Assembly: GCA_964016885.1 (NCBI GenBank)
Contig: OZ024740.1
Coordinates: 274,536,001-274,600,000 of the forward strand
Length of the DNA stretch: 64,000 nucleotides
Direction of reading: 5' to 3'
Origin: Eledone cirrhosa
Taxonomy: Eukaryota
Below are positions 1 to 14,090 of this stretch, in pieces. The position numbers were made by a program, and so were the translations under genes. The notes beneath the pieces were generated by a model. That model had not been told where the DNA came from. It saw only the letters and a list, made by a program, of their open reading frames with translations, and made no database searches. The number at the start of each line of letters is the position of its first letter. The stretch's first letter is position 1.

Positions 1-420
1 CATCACCATCTCTATCATTATCCTTATCATTTTCTTTTTCACTGTAGTCACCACCAATATTATGATCATCATCTTCGACATTGTTTTTATTGTTATTATT
101 ATTCTCATCAGTGACAAATTTACAGATGCAACAAGGCATTTATTTAAATGGTATATTTTTCTGGCTCACAGTGTTCTGAGTTCAAATCCTGCAGAGATAA
201 ATTTTTACTTACTTTTTTCCAGGGCAGTAAATTGCCACAATGTTTTGCAGTATTTGATCTGGTTCTGTGCATTCTTTTTGCCAGGATCTTTTTGCTGCAA
301 CCTGCAGATAGCATCAGCAATGGAAACACCAATCAAGTCTGATGAGTGGTTCCTTTCCTTTGTTTATACTCATTATTTCATTCATTATTCTCGTTATTAT
401 CATCACCATTAACCTTCTCT

Positions 421-742
421 TCATCATCATCATCATCATCATTTTACGTCCGCTTTTCCCTGCTTGCAAGGGTGGGACGGGAACTGATTCTGGCTTGATT
501 TCTACAGCTGGATGCCCTTCCTAACACCAGCCTCATTTACAGTGAGTGCTGGGTGCTTTTTTACCGTGGCACCTACCCGTCCACTTTACAGTGGAATTAT
601 AGGGACCCCAGTCTGAGTAAACTGGAGCAATGTGAAATAAAGTGTCTTGCTCAAGGAAACAACACATCACCCAGTCTGAGAATTGAACTCACAACCTTTC
701 GATTGCAAGGCCAATGCTATAACCACTAAGCCATGTGCCTCC
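421..742 (-). mobile_element. tRNA-derived SINE family A (CORE-like centre, RTE-derived 3' tail)
   Basis: Minus strand: A box TGGCTTAGTGG, B box GAGTTCAATTC, CORE-like ccttgagcaagacactt, and a tail shared with the RTE 3'UTR ending ggacgtaaaat(gat)n. Near-identical copies at 12154, 30007 and 30834. Confidence 0.85.
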
Positions 743-939
743 ATTATAATCATCATCATCCTTGATATTGTTATTATCACCATTATCATTGTCTTCATCA
801 TCAAAATCAGTTTCCTATGGCTCTGGCTCAAGTTTACTTTTATTTCTCCTTTTAAAAGTTAGGTGAACTAATAATCATTTCCAGAATATATAGTATTCAG
901 TGGATTAGGGATACATTTCCTCTAAGTATTCATTCATCA

Positions 940-1445
940 GAAGAAGGGAGATTGGTGTAAAAGCCAAACTCACTATCTTCATTTCGATGTTTGTGCCAAC
1001 CCTTGCCTATGGTCATGAATCTTGTGTTACGAAAGAAAGAATATGATCCTGAATACAAGCAACTGAAATAAGGTTCCTCCAAAGGGTCGTTGAATTAGCA
1101 TTACTTGATAGAGTGTGTAGCTCAGAGATCAGACAATCAATCCAAGTTCCAGGTAGAGTTATTACTTCACTGAATTGAGATCACACATTTCTGATACTAT
1201 AGACAATGTGGTTAGATTATCTCGGGGAAAGAATCACAGGACAGATTTTATGGGCAAAACCAACTAGCATGAGACCCAGTGTTAGACTCTGAACAAGATG
1301 ATTGGATAATATCCATGGGCTCAGCTGGTCTCACTTAGGGATCCAGCTGGATCAATTGGAGACAGTTGCTTCTGACATGACCACCCACTGGAAGACATGC
1401 ATGAGGACTCTGCCCCAATGATCCTACCAGGAATAAGCGACGAAA
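940..1445 (+). pseudogene. Degraded RTE-clade LINE 3' fragment
   Basis: Reads PTLAYGHESCVTKERI*S*IQATEIRFLQRV, the RTE C-terminal YG.E.W-type motif, with stops. Confidence 0.7.
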
Positions 1446-2564
1446 GGAGAAACACGTTTTTTTTTATACTGGATGAATTAAGCTCAAATTTGCTGGACAT
1501 GATCACTTGTATAGGAAAAAATATGTTATGGGGTTCCAGCCCCTCCCATTTTGAATACATATCCTAATGATGTCAGTTTTATCATTTATCCTTCTAAGTG
1601 TGATAAATGAAATACCAGTGTAAAGTGGTGGGGATGTGTGCTCACTAATGTGCCAGACTGGCTGGCTTATGATATTTGTTTTGGCTTTTTCTGAGTTCAA
1701 CACTTCAATCTTGTGTAACTGTGTGTGTTTGTGTATATGTGTGTGTGTTTGTGTGTGTAAATATGACATATATCTATTTCAGCATATCTATTCAAGGATA
1801 TCTCTATGTATTGTGACATTTGTATTTTAGTGTGTAAAATAATATGCTATATAATCATTTGTGCATACCTGTATGCCTGAGTATGTATGCATATCTAGGC
1901 TCATACGCATGTATGCATGCATGTATTCATAAGTTTGTGCGTGTATATGTGCATGTGGGAGTGCATGTGTATGTGTGTGTATTTGTTTGTGAGTTTTTAT
2001 GTGTTTGCATGTGAATATATTTTGGGTTTTTTAATTTCATCAAATTCGTATTCTGCCTGCTTCATATTAACATTCTAATAGATATGCACATCGGTCAGAG
2101 TGCATGTTACACATGCAAAACTCTAAATGCAATTTGTCCATATATGGTGTGATTGAAACATAGATGCCATCACTCATCAAATGTCAGACTTTTCTTTTTT
2201 TTAACACATATGGAAATACATTGAAGCCAATCATGCGTAGATATGGTGACATATGAATTAACAAATACATGCATACACATGAATATACACAACTGGGCAT
2301 TACATAGCAATACATGTCTGTATGTACATATATGTGGAATGAGTGTATTGCATAAGTAAATTAAGATAACTTGAGAAAAACAAACATATTTTAGATCATA
2401 TATGTGTGTGTGAAGTTGCATGTTTATATGTGTGTGTGTAATTGCATGTTTATATCTATGTTTATATGTGCATAGATATTTGCATATATAGACAAATATA
2501 TATATATGTATTTGTTTGTCCAATTTCATATTTATATTTATATTAATATTAGCATATATAGATG

Positions 2565-2865
<301 letters not shown>

Positions 2866-3245
2866 GTTTGCTTACGTGTGTGTGCATATGTGTGCATGTA
2901 ACCAAATACACACATATACAATGTGAAAATGAGGTGACAGACTCACAGTAAGAGTGACAAAATGAATGTGGAGAGAGATTGTTATACATAGAAAACGTTC
3001 AGCATATGTGACTGGTAGTTCTATTAATATGCCAAAAAGTTTATACAATAATAACAATACAGATGATATTCATAATGATGATATATGTAAAGTGTTTTAT
3101 GCATAATATATAATATATGTTCGATGCAAGTATGTGCATGTTAGCTAGTGAAGATAAACTTAGTTATCTAAATATATTCTTTCTTTATACATGTGTAGAA
3201 TGTCTTTTATATTTTATACACACATACATGTACACATGTACATTT

Positions 3246-3295
<50 letters not shown>

Positions 3296-3359
3296 AATAT
3301 ATGCATGTGATGTACATGAGTGTGTGACTGTGTTCCTGTGAATACATATAATTGTGTAC

Positions 3360-3424
<65 letters not shown>

Positions 3425-3918
3425 CATATATACATATATATATATGCATAATAAATGATGTATAAATTTGTAAATATATATTTTTGTGTTTTTGTGTTTG
3501 CATGTGAAGATATATTTTCATATAATTCTTAAATATATATACGTGTATGTGTGTGTATGTATAAAATATATCTATACAATGCATTTGACTACATAGCATG
3601 TGCATGATGTATTTGTGTATATATGCTTATGCACTTATTCTGACAATCATTGAATTCATACAGCTGTTGTAGAAACAAAACCTGAACATTTTTAATATGC
3701 ATGCAATGTTGAGAAGTGTGCAAATTCACTGGTCTGTAACCAGATAATATCAAGGAAGAAGTACGTGTCATGGTATGAATCACTGTGCCTACCAACCCAG
3801 TTCCAAGACAAAACTATGACCCAACCACAACCACAACACCCAACCTCTATCACTTTCCTTATTATTACCTTCATCATTATTTGTAATGAATGTCATCATC
3901 ATCCTAACCGCAGCATAA

Positions 3919-4760
3919 GTGCCTCTATGCTTGAATTAGTAATCAAATGCCTCTCAAATTATATTCTATATACTTGAAAAGAGAGTGACATATTCGTTGA
4001 ACTGCAAGAAATAGCAGTTAAATATCCCTCAAATTCCCTTAAATGTGAAGAGATACATTAGATACTGTAGTCCAAGATAAATAATGCCATATACAAGAGT
4101 AGCTTTTCGAATTCTACACTTCTATATAGGTGTCTCTATGCTTGAATTAGCAATCAAATGCCCCTCAAATTACTCTATATACTTGAGTGACATATTTATT
4201 GAACTGCAAGAAATAGCAGTTGAATATCCCTCAGATTACACTTTCTTCCCTTAAATGTGGAAAAATACATTAGATAATGTAGTCCAAGATAAGCAATACC
4301 ATATAGAAGAGTAGAATTTGGAATTCTACTCTTCTATATAGGTGCCTCTATGCTTTAATTAACAATCAAATCTCCCTCAAATAATACTCTAGATACTTGA
4401 AAGTAGAGTGACATATTCGTTCAACTGTAAGAAGTAGCAGTTAAATATCCCTCAAATTACACTTTCTTCCCTTAACCCTTTAGCATTTACATTACTCTAT
4501 ATATCTATATATACTATTGTATTTTCACAGGAAAGGCTTTACCTCACATTATATCGAAGCTACAAGATTTTGATATTATTTATTTTTAGAACAATACCTT
4601 AACATAAGTATGAGCAGCTGTTTATGGCCGGTTTGAACAGAAAGAGGTGAACAAATTCTGGCCAGATAAATATCCCTCAAATTAAACTTTATTAATACAT
4701 TAGATAATGTAGTCCAAGATAAGCAATGTCATACAGAAGGGTAGAATTTGGGATTGTCAT
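3919..4760 (+). repeat. About 210-bp tandem repeat (roughly 2.6 units plus a partial unit) interrupted by a MITE
   Basis: Unit gtgcctctatgcttgaattag...cttctatata starts at about 3919, 4129 and 4341, and resumes at about 4668 after the MITE. Confidence 0.8.
4472..4667 (+). mobile_element. piggyBac-like MITE (partial)
   Basis: Starts TTAA-CCCTTTAGCATT. Same family as 21994-22409 and 19865-20075. Confidence 0.65.
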
Positions 4761-5069
4761 GACTCAAATACATTTGATCTCTATAAAAACATAGATGCTT
4801 TCCTTTATTGTCTAAGCACTAAAAACACAAATTCTGAAACGTTCATAAAAAATACAATATTTTCCAAATGTTGACACTAAAATTTCAAATATATAATTGT
4901 TAAGATATACAACAAGAGGAGCAATCCAGAGTATGGAATGGTAAATATCATATTTGACATTGCAGACAAAACAATAAAACACAGTATTATGGTGAACCAG
5001 TTCTAGAATTAATTTCTTCTGGTTTGCAACATGATGAAATTACTGAACATAACATTATGTATTGCACAC

Positions 5070-5270
5070 AAGACAATCACTGCATTCATAAATAAAATTG
5101 AAGGAAGATTATTCATTCTAGCATTCCCCTACCCCTACTCCTGAAGAAAAGAATTGGTCTGGGATATGTTTGGAATGACAGTATTTAATGATATCTGAAA
5201 AACTAAAAACAAAAACATTCCTGAAATCAACAAAGACAATCATTCATTAATGGATTGGGTATCAGTTGAA
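5070..5270 (+). repeat. About 200-bp dispersed repeat, second copy at about 8010-8210
   Basis: Shared cattcataaataaaatt...gaaaagaatt.gtctgggat.tgtttggaatgacagt...gaaatcaacaaaga. Confidence 0.7.
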
Positions 5271-6179
5271 ATAGAAAGCTCAGACATCATAATGTTTGAT
5301 ATTTAAATGAGATGTAAACAAAGAAATATAGAAAATTGTAAATGGAGCTAAGCCAATGAAATAGGTTTCTTCTGCTTTTCTATTAAACTATTAAGAAATT
5401 AGTGAAAAATGACACTTCAAGATTATTAGTATTGTTGCTGTTGTTCTAGGCATATATCTATGGTAGCGTGGAGGTGTGTGGCCAAATGGAAAGTGTATTG
5501 GACTTATGATCATGATGTCAGTTCGATTTCTTGACTGAGTCATGTATTGTTTTCTTGAGAAAAACACTTCATTTCACATTACTCCAGTATACTCTGCTGA
5601 AAATGTGTACTAGCAATAATTGAGAGTTAAACACTGTTATGCACTTCCAGGGGAAGTCTTGTACTCTCAGTTACTTCATGTCACTGAAACTGAGATAGGC
5701 ACCAACCTGATGTGCTTTCAGGAGATAGACATTAGATTTATTTATGGTATAGTAGTAGTTGATACAATTTCTTTTTGTAGTTATTTTTATTCTGTTCGTA
5801 AATTTTTGTCTCTGTAATATATGTCAACACAATCTTTTCTGTTAAATTTTTAGAGCAAATTTAATTAATATTTAATACCATTCAAATATCCTGAATGCAA
5901 AATCAATTCATATATTTTATACTCCTTAATACATTTTTATCTCTCCCTACCTGTGTATATTTCCCTTTTTTCAATTTTTGTTTTGTTTTTTTAAACTTAT
6001 TTACCTATCAACTTTTGTGATGTGACTTGTTAAGTGAATGTGAGGACAGAAGAAAAAAAAGGAGAGAAAAAATAAAAGCTACAAAACTGTCAAAGCCAAC
6101 GATGCCTGCCCTAAGTAGCTGGTTGATAATCGGTAGTCATTGCACATAAAGTGAAATCCAGGGAAAATATCATAATCAT

Positions 6180-7030
6180 AATAATTGTTTCTACTTTTAG
6201 CACAAGGCCTGCAATTATTCCAATAAGTTAATGTTACTTTATTTTATTGACCCTGTAAGGATGAAAGACAAAGTGAACCTCGGCGAGATTTGAACTCAGA
6301 CTATAAAGGGGCGTAACTCTATGCTGCAAAGCATTGCATCCGACCTTCTACCGATTCTGCTAAAGGATATAAAATCTAAAACTGAATCTTACTGCATAAA
6401 TAATACAGAAACCCTGTTTGCTTGGAATGGCTAGGATAATAGAAAAGGAACTGGATGCAAACTGAAAAGAGAGAAAGAATGTCATGATATCTAAGACCAC
6501 AGAAGGTAATCTGTTTTCTTGACTAAACCAGGAATTAAGATCAATCTTTTGTAGGACATGATGATAATAAATTTGAAGGAAGTTTTGGAATACCCGGTCA
6601 TAACAATAAAAATAATAATAATTGTTTCTGATTTAGGCACAAGGCCAGCAATTTGGGTGATTGGAAAGTTGATTAAATTGACCTCAGTGTGTGACTGGTA
6701 CTTTATTCTATCGATCCCATAAGAAAAGCAAAACTAACCTTGGAGGGATTTTAACTCAGAACGCAGAGGGCCGTAACTCTATGCATCTACTTTTGTTGTC
6801 TGACGCTCGACTGATTCTGCCAATCCACTGACTTTATCATAATAATAATTGTTTCTACTTTTGGCACAAGGCCAGCAATTACCCAGTGCATTACTGGTAC
6901 TTTATTTTATCGACCCCGTAAGGATGAAAGGCAAAGCTGACCTCAGCGGGATTTGAACTCAGAATGGCAAGGGCCGTAACCCTATGCATCAAAGCATGGC
7001 GTCCGACCCTCTACCGATACTGCCAATCAA
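6180..7030 (-). mobile_element. Cluster of three SINE family B copies (about 6180-6360, 6615-6830, 6842-7030)
   Basis: tRNA-like head (tggcagtatcggt ... gagttcaaatccc), central ctttgcctttcatccttacggggtcgataaa, tail gctggccttgtgccaaaagtagaaacaatt(att)n. Confidence 0.85.
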
Positions 7031-7048
7031 TAATGATAATAATATAGA

Positions 7049-7445
7049 TTGAAGGTGCTATGGGATTTCAGGATACAGACAGACAAGAAATTAGAACACA
7101 ATAGACCTGACCTACTGGTATTTGAGAAGGAAAAATGATTATGCCTGATTGTAGATGTAGCCTGCCCCTTTGACACACAAGTGCAAGAAAAGAAGAAGGA
7201 CAAAATTAACCAATATCAGGATTTAAAGTGAAAGTTAAAAAGGATTTGGTACTGTCATGAGATAAAGACTGTCTTGATTGTCATAGGATCACTAAGTACC
7301 ATCTTGATGAGTTTTCAAGGATGGTTAAAGAAAATTAGTCCAGTCCTCTTTTTTGGAACACTTCAAAAGCATGCGTTCTGGGAACAGCAAGAACCCTTCA
7401 ATACATCCTGAATATTTGAGGCTGCAGGTAACGGCTTGATATTCA
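7049..7445 (+). pseudogene. R4/Dong-like non-LTR retrotransposon, restriction-like endonuclease C-terminus
   Basis: LKVLWDFRIQTDKKLEHNRPDLLVFEKEK*LCLIVDVACPFD...KINQYQDLK...GTARTLQYILNI*, a PD-(D/E)xK RLE motif, located next to a TAA-rich tract. Confidence 0.8.
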
Positions 7446-8394
7446 TTCGAACAAACTTTCCAGAAATTTTTTGGGGAGGGGAAAGTTGATTAAATCAACT
7501 CCAGTTTATTACTGATACTTTATTTTATCAATCCCGTAAGGATGAAAGGCAAAGCTAAACTTGGCGGGATTTAAACTCAGAAAGTAAAGGGCCAGAAACA
7601 TATTGTCCGATCGTCTACCAATACTGCCAATCTGCTGCTCCAACAAAATAATAATAAGAAGAATTCATAATTTTGCACAGTAACACAATATATTGAAATG
7701 GAAACAATCAGTTGTACTTATCATTTAAGATCCGTTTTTCCATGCTTGCATAGTTTAGACAGGTCATCCACATTATTAGGCAAGTGTGGCCAGTTGGCAG
7801 TGCCCTAACTTGCTCAAACAGGACTGCATTTTGGCTGGGATTGTTATAGCTTGATGCCCTTCCTAACACTAACTACATTTGTATGTGGTACATATTTCAT
7901 CAAATCAGGAGGGATTAAAAGTAAAGTGGACTTTTGCAGGATTGGAATAAGAATTAATTTCTTCTCAACAGCTACAAGAAAAAAGTACTGAACATATCAC
8001 TATTTATTGCTCATGAGACATTCACAGCATTCATAAATAAAATTCAAGAAAGATTATTCATTCCAGAACTCCTCTCATTCTACTTACAAAGAAAAGAATT
8101 AGTCTGGGATGTGTTTGGAATGACAGTGTTTAGTGATATCTGAAAAACTAAAAATCAATCCGTCTATTGAAATCAACAAAGATTATTAGTCAATGATGAG
8201 TTGGGTATTTCAAGACATTCATTGCATTCATAAATATATAAAATTGAAGAACTGGAATAACAAACATAAAGTGATGTTACTAAATACTGTAAAATATTTT
8301 GCCTGATTCTCTACCAATTCTACCACTCACCACCCTAATAATAATTGTTTTTACATTTGGCACAAGGCCAGCAATATGAAGGGGGAAGAAATTA

Positions 8395-8580
8395 CCTTCT
8401 GGATGTGAATGTTGCAGAAAAAGCCTTGATAGGAACAGCAAGGATTCTAAGGAAGGTGTTAGAAATTTGAAAAAGTAATGACCCAAAGGACCTTTGGCCA
8501 TTGGTTATGATTCACTCTTTAGGTACAGTGTTAGTATAACATCTGCCAGAGCAAAAGTGTTATGAATAACAAAAATAATA
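8395..8580 (+). pseudogene. R4/Dong-like 3' end fragment
   Basis: LQK..LIGTARILRKVLEI* followed by a short UTR and taa repeats. Confidence 0.6.
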
Positions 8581-8784
8581 AAAATTTCTTAAATAGGCAC
8601 AATGCTAGAAACGTTTTCATCGGAAACAGTGAATTGTATTAATGTCAGTACTTGACTGGTATTTATTTTATCAACCCTAGCAGAATAAAGTGCAAATTTG
8701 ACATACTGTACCAATACACCTCTTGTGTACACAAGATTTAAATTGTGTACACGATATATAATTACTACTAACTCCTTTTCTACA

Positions 8785-9090
8785 TATGGAACAGGTCTAC
8801 TTTCCTGATGGGATCAGAGTCCTGTCTTCATTCCTGCTTACCAGAACTTAAATCTTTCCTAAATTTTATCTAAGCCCTTTTGATTCTAAGGTCTATTTCT
8901 AAAGCCATAATTTCTTCTCTAGCTCTTCTACAAATTTTGCTATGAGGATCAGGTCATCAACATACAGGAATTTCCATTGGCAACCTGGCTTAAATTCCTC
9001 TGTTTTGGCCTTCATAACTATGATAAACAGGCATTGGTTGAGGACCTGATGAACACCTAATTGTACATTGAATTACTTGCTAAATCATTG
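8785..9090 (-). pseudogene. RTE LINE RT fragment
   Basis: Minus strand GVHQ...LFIIVM...EEFKPGCQWKFLYVDDL, degraded. Confidence 0.7.
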
Positions 9091-9119
9091 TAATGGCATG
9101 CAAACAAGTAATACAATAT

Positions 9120-10570
9120 GGAGTCATACAATCATTAATTGCTACAAGGGCAAAGCTAACACTCTAGAGTAGCTACAGAGGAATAAAACTAATGGACCAA
9201 GTTATGAGAGAGATGAAAAGAGTTCTAGCACAGAAAATTAGGGAAAGAGTCAAATTAAAAGAGATGCAGTTTGGTTTTGTGCCTGGGAAAAATATTACAG
9301 ATGCACTCTTCTTAGTGAGACAACTACAAGAGAAGTTCCTAGCCCAAAATAAGCCACTATATTTAGCTTTTCTTGATCTAGAAAAGGTCTTTGACAGAGC
9401 ACCTCATTCTGTTATCTGGTGGTTTTTAAGAAAATTAGGTGTAGAAGAATGACTTGTGAAAGCAGTGCAAGCCATGTACAGAGAAGTTGACAATAAAGTG
9501 AGAGTAGGAATTGAGTTTAGTGAGGAATTCAAGGTGGAGGTAGGAGTTCATCAGGGTTCAGTTCTCAACCCATTGCTGTTCATTATAGTTCTCCAGGCTA
9601 TAACAGAAGAGTTTTAGACTGGCTGTCCATGGGAACAGATGTGTTCCTTCTAGCTGAATCCATAAATGAACTAGAGAATATGTTCCAACAATGGAAATGG
9701 AATTTGGAATCCAAAGAGCTCTGAATAAACTAAAGTGCTAGTAAGTAGGATAGAAAATAGGACCCTGATTCCTCCAGGGACGTGTCCCTGCTCAATATGT
9801 AGAAAAGGATAGGCATAAACTCTATACAATGTATACAGTGTAAATCATGGGTTCACAAGAGATGTAGTGGGATAATAGGTAAACTAACAGGAATGGAAGA
9901 TTTTGTATGAACATACACAAGGGTAATCAAGAGAAAGAGTGTCAGTCACATAAATCTTTTCCAATCGTGTGAAGGATCCATAGAAGTGGTTAATAGCTTC
10001 TGCTAACTAGGTGACCTAATTATCAGCAGAGGAGAGTACTCTGAGAGCATGATAGCTAGAATAACGATACGGTAGAAGAAGTTTAGAGAGCTACACTCAC
10101 TGTTGACAACAAAAGGTTTCTCCCTATGTACAAAAGGACAGCTGTAATGCAATGCTGCATGTTAGTTAAACATGGGCTGTGACTCTAAAGGACATGCATA
10201 TGCTAGAGAAAAACGAAGCAACCATGCTTCATTGAATGTGCAGTGTAGATGTGAGAGAAAAGCAGAGTTTTGAAGGACTAAGAGGAATCTAAAGTGGTGT
10301 GCAGGAGAGAACACTACGCTGGTAGGGACATCCATGCACATGCATGATAATCACTGGTTGAAAAAGTGCCAGGAAATCCAAGTAGAAGGATGATGCAGTA
10401 GAGGTAGACCAAGGAAGATCTGGCCTGAAGTGGTGAGAGCTGATTTCAATTTGCTGAGACTCACTGAGCTGGTGATGAAGGAATGCAATGAGTGGAGAGA
10501 TGTAGTGGTGAAAAGGACCTATCCAACCCACTGGAGTATGGAAAAATGGACATAGAAACAATGATGATGC
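9120..10570 (+). pseudogene. Old RTE LINE (RT, PHD insert and C-terminus) with many stops and frameshifts
   Basis: ORF 9192-9452 (EMQFGFVPGK..LQEKFL..DLEKVFDR), Cys-rich insert near 9780-9910, tail ending (gat)n. Confidence 0.85.
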
Positions 10571-11093
10571 AAGGCATCTTCTTTACTGTTTAGTATCAGA
10601 AATCACATAACACTGGGAATTCTCCAGCCAATCATTCATTATATTAACTTAAAAGTAATATTCTGCAACAAGTGAGACATGGTTTTCAAATCTGTAACAA
10701 TTAGAACCATATTTTAGGTCTCTTCTTAGAGATTAACTCACACACACTCACATATATATGTATCATCATCGTCATCATTTGATGTCTACCTTCCCTGCTA
10801 GCAAGGTTTGTAAGGATTTTTACAAGTCAATATTTAAGCAGACTTACAGACCAACAACTCACATACATTCCTGCAATCTACTGAGTGCCCTTTATTATAC
10901 AACCAACACTAGGGAGGTTGTCACGTCTATGACACAGCTGAAAACTTCCCCTGACTCTGTTTTTGGCAGGCTATCCATGGCTGTATTTCTTTCCTTTCTT
11001 TGACCACTTTACAAAGTGTACAGGGTGCATTTACTGTATAGATAAGCAACACTAGTGAGCTTGTCATGTCATCAACACAGTTAAAGAGTCCTT

Positions 11094-11124
<31 letters not shown>

Positions 11125-11208
11125 AAAAGGTAAACAGAAATAACAACACAATCGGTACAGTATATGGAAGGAATATATTGGGTTAATGCTTAAAATAGCA
11201 GGAAAAGG

Positions 11209-11246
11209 ATTTTAACGTTTCAGACGCTAGTCCTTCATCAGAAGAA
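11209..11246 (-). ncRNA. Minimal type-I hammerhead ribozyme motif
   Basis: Minus strand CTGATGA-A-GGAC TAGC GTCT-GAAA-CG-TT with palindromic AACGTT. Stem I is weak. Lies in a short insert between TA tracts. Confidence 0.6.
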
Positions 11247-11672
11247 AGAATGAGAAATAAGATAAATTGAAGGGAGGGGCGGGGTGGAATTGTATGTATA
11301 TATATCATCATCTCACGTCTGCTTTTTCTTGCTTGCACGTGTGGAAAAACAGATGTAAAAAGGATGATGCTATACACACACACATATATATATATATACA
11401 TATTCATTAGTTAAGCAAAACAAGACCACAAACTTCACAAGGAAGACATTATTAAAAGATTGTCAACATATTTTAGTTTGATGTAAGGAATGTAGAGAAT
11501 AATAATAATAATATTAATAATAATAACTAACTCACCAATCTTTCCTCTCATATCTCCTCTACTATCTCCATCTCTCTCTTTAAGATTGGTTACTCTTGAA
11601 CTGTGTATATTTATACACATATATATATCTATTAAATATATATTATATATATAGTACAGAGCTATTTAATTA

Positions 11673-11889
11673 AATAAACAACACAATATAATTATTCCAT
11701 TACCCAAGGTTTCACGAAGTCAGACGAATCTAACAGAGGCATCTGAATCCGTTCATCAGATAGAAATCTTAGAAATTTCTATCTGTTCATCATAAATTTC
11801 TATCTGATGAACGGATTAGATGCCTCTGTTAGATTCGTCTTACTTTGTGAAACCTTGGTTAATGGAATAATTATATTGTGTTGTTTATT
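11673..11889. mobile_element. Fold-back element with two divergent hammerhead ribozymes (11695-11765 minus, 11798-11867 plus)
   Basis: About 95-bp inverted arms. Minus copy: stem I TTCTAT/ATGGAA, CTGATGA, long stem II, GAAAC-CTTGG-GTA. Flanked by TA-rich tracts. Confidence 0.8.
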
Positions 11890-12153
11890 ATATAGTTTTA
11901 TATACATTATATATATATATATACATAGTCCTATATAAACACATAATATCACACTCCCAACCACTATATTAAACAAGCATACATATTAATATAGCGAGAA
12001 TAATAAATCTTCACACATAAAACAGGTATGTAAATGCATAGCTAATATAGGCTCATACACATACACACATACAATTAAAGGGGTAGAGATGCTTATTTCT
12101 AACCATATGTGATGACCTACACACTCATTCATATAGGTAGCATATATAAATAT

Positions 12154-12480
12154 GGGCACATGGCTTACTGGTTAGAGCATTGGCCTTGCAATCGAAAGGG
12201 TGTGAGTTCAATTCTCAGACCGGGTGATGGGTTATTTCCTTGAACAAGACACTTTATTTCACATTGCTCCAGTTCACTCAGCTGTAGAAATGAGATGATA
12301 GGGAGTGGGGTCCATATCATTCCACTACAAAGTGGTTGTGGAGGTGTCACGGCAAAAAAGCACCCAGCACTCACTGTAAATGAGGTTGGTGTTAGGAAGG
12401 GTATCCAGCTGTAGAAATCAAGCCAGAATCAGTTCCCGTCCCACCCTTGCAAGCAGGGAAAAAGCGAACGTAAAATGAAA
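12154..12480 (+). mobile_element. SINE family A
   Basis: Same head, core and RTE-derived tail as 421-742. Confidence 0.85.
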
Positions 12481-12767
12481 TATGAATACATTTACATACA
12501 ATAAGCCACATGGCTACAGATACACAGAGAACAAAATACATAGAACAAAACATAGATGCATATATGACTACTTAAAAAATATCGCCTAAAGACAAACCAA
12601 AATGCCCATTATTTACTTTCCAAGACATACACTTCTCTTTATATATCATTTATGTGTGTGTTTGTGTAGGTATCTAATGATGTATATATATGTGTGTATG
12701 TGTGTTTGGTGTACAAACACATACATACACACACATATGTAAGCATCTCTAACTATTGATATATATA

Positions 12768-12810
<43 letters not shown>

Positions 12811-13548
12811 ATGTATGTGTGTATATATATACCCACACACACACACACATATATGTGTGTAAATGTGTATGTATGTATATATGTGTAAATGTGTATGTAT
12901 GTATATGTGTGTAAATGTGTATGTATGTATATATATATATATACATATATGTATATATATATATACATTTACACACATATACATATATGTATATGTGTGT
13001 AAATGTATATATATATATATACATATATGTATATATATATATATACATACATACACACATATACATATATATATATATATATATTTGTGTGTGTGTGTCA
13101 GCCATATAATTCATAGACTGTTTATATAACCATAGATTTATAGTTATAAATGAGACTTTAATAGACACAAATCATTTTATTCTTACCCTCAAACCTTGAA
13201 TTTCTATGATGTGTAATATATAAAAATCACAATAACGAATTATAACAAAAACATTGAAAATAAAAGGAAGCACAATAGGAAAAAACAACACCAACAACAG
13301 CAAAAACAATATAATATCTACAAACTTCTTATAAAAAATGGGAATAAAAATATATATCAATATATTGAGAAAATAAATGACAAAAAGAATAATTCCCAAT
13401 CTGATATTAACCTCATTACTGTTAACTTAAATATTATGATGTACATTTTATATCTTATGTAGAGCAAAAGAGGAAAAAAATCTATGTAGAGAAAAATATG
13501 TACATATAGGCAGCGATGGCTGTTTTTCTTCAATCTGACCATACTGAT

Positions 13549-14090
13549 TCATCATCATCATCACCATTTTATGTCCATTTTTCCACGTTATCATGGGTTA
13601 GATGAGTTGTCCTGTTGTGGGCAATGCTAGGTCAGGTGACAATGTCTTGCTAATACAGAACTGATTTTGGCTTGATTTCTACAGCAGACTATTCTTCCTA
13701 AAGTTAACCTCATTTACAGTGAGTACTGGGTGCTTTTTGTCGTGACGCTTACATGACCACTTCACAGTGTCGACTGGGTGCTTTTTGTAGTGACATCTAC
13801 ACGACCACTCTAAAGTGTGGACTGTGTGCTTATAGTCATGACACCTACATGACCACTTTACAGTGTGGGCTGGGGGGCTTCACTGGATGCATACTTTTGG
13901 CCTGTCCTCATCGGAGATGTATTTAAACTGCAGATTTTGGCAATCACTTTTGCATGAGTCACCACAAATTGGTAATTTTCTCAGACTCATGATGACTAGG
14001 CTTTATTATAGGTAGCCTTTAATAACTTTCTTGTAACTATACTTTTGAATAGTGCGAGTATTCCCAAGAACCAACAGTGTCTTTTATTGC
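13549..14090 (-). mobile_element. RTE-derived non-coding element (3'UTR with about 4 tandem units)
   Basis: (cat)n tail and tandem cactgtaaagtggtc...cacgac units as in the RTE 3'UTR. Confidence 0.65.

Noticed and set aside
670-742. tRNA genes
   Set aside because: A/B boxes belong to SINE heads that continue into core and tail sequence. No full cloverleaf.
905-945. Other CTGATGA hits (about 935 minus, 21766, 25868, 48781 minus, 59851 minus, 63383 minus)
   Set aside because: No stem II/GAAA/NUH arrangement. Two are simply ADD codons of RT active sites.
8785-9800. Twin-priming inversion of one RTE
   Set aside because: The minus and plus fragments overlap the same RT region and are differently diverged, so they are more likely independent insertions.
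13680-13870. CRISPR-like appearance of hairpin-containing tandem units
   Set aside because: No unique spacers, no cas genes, eukaryotic context. The units belong to the RTE 3'UTR.
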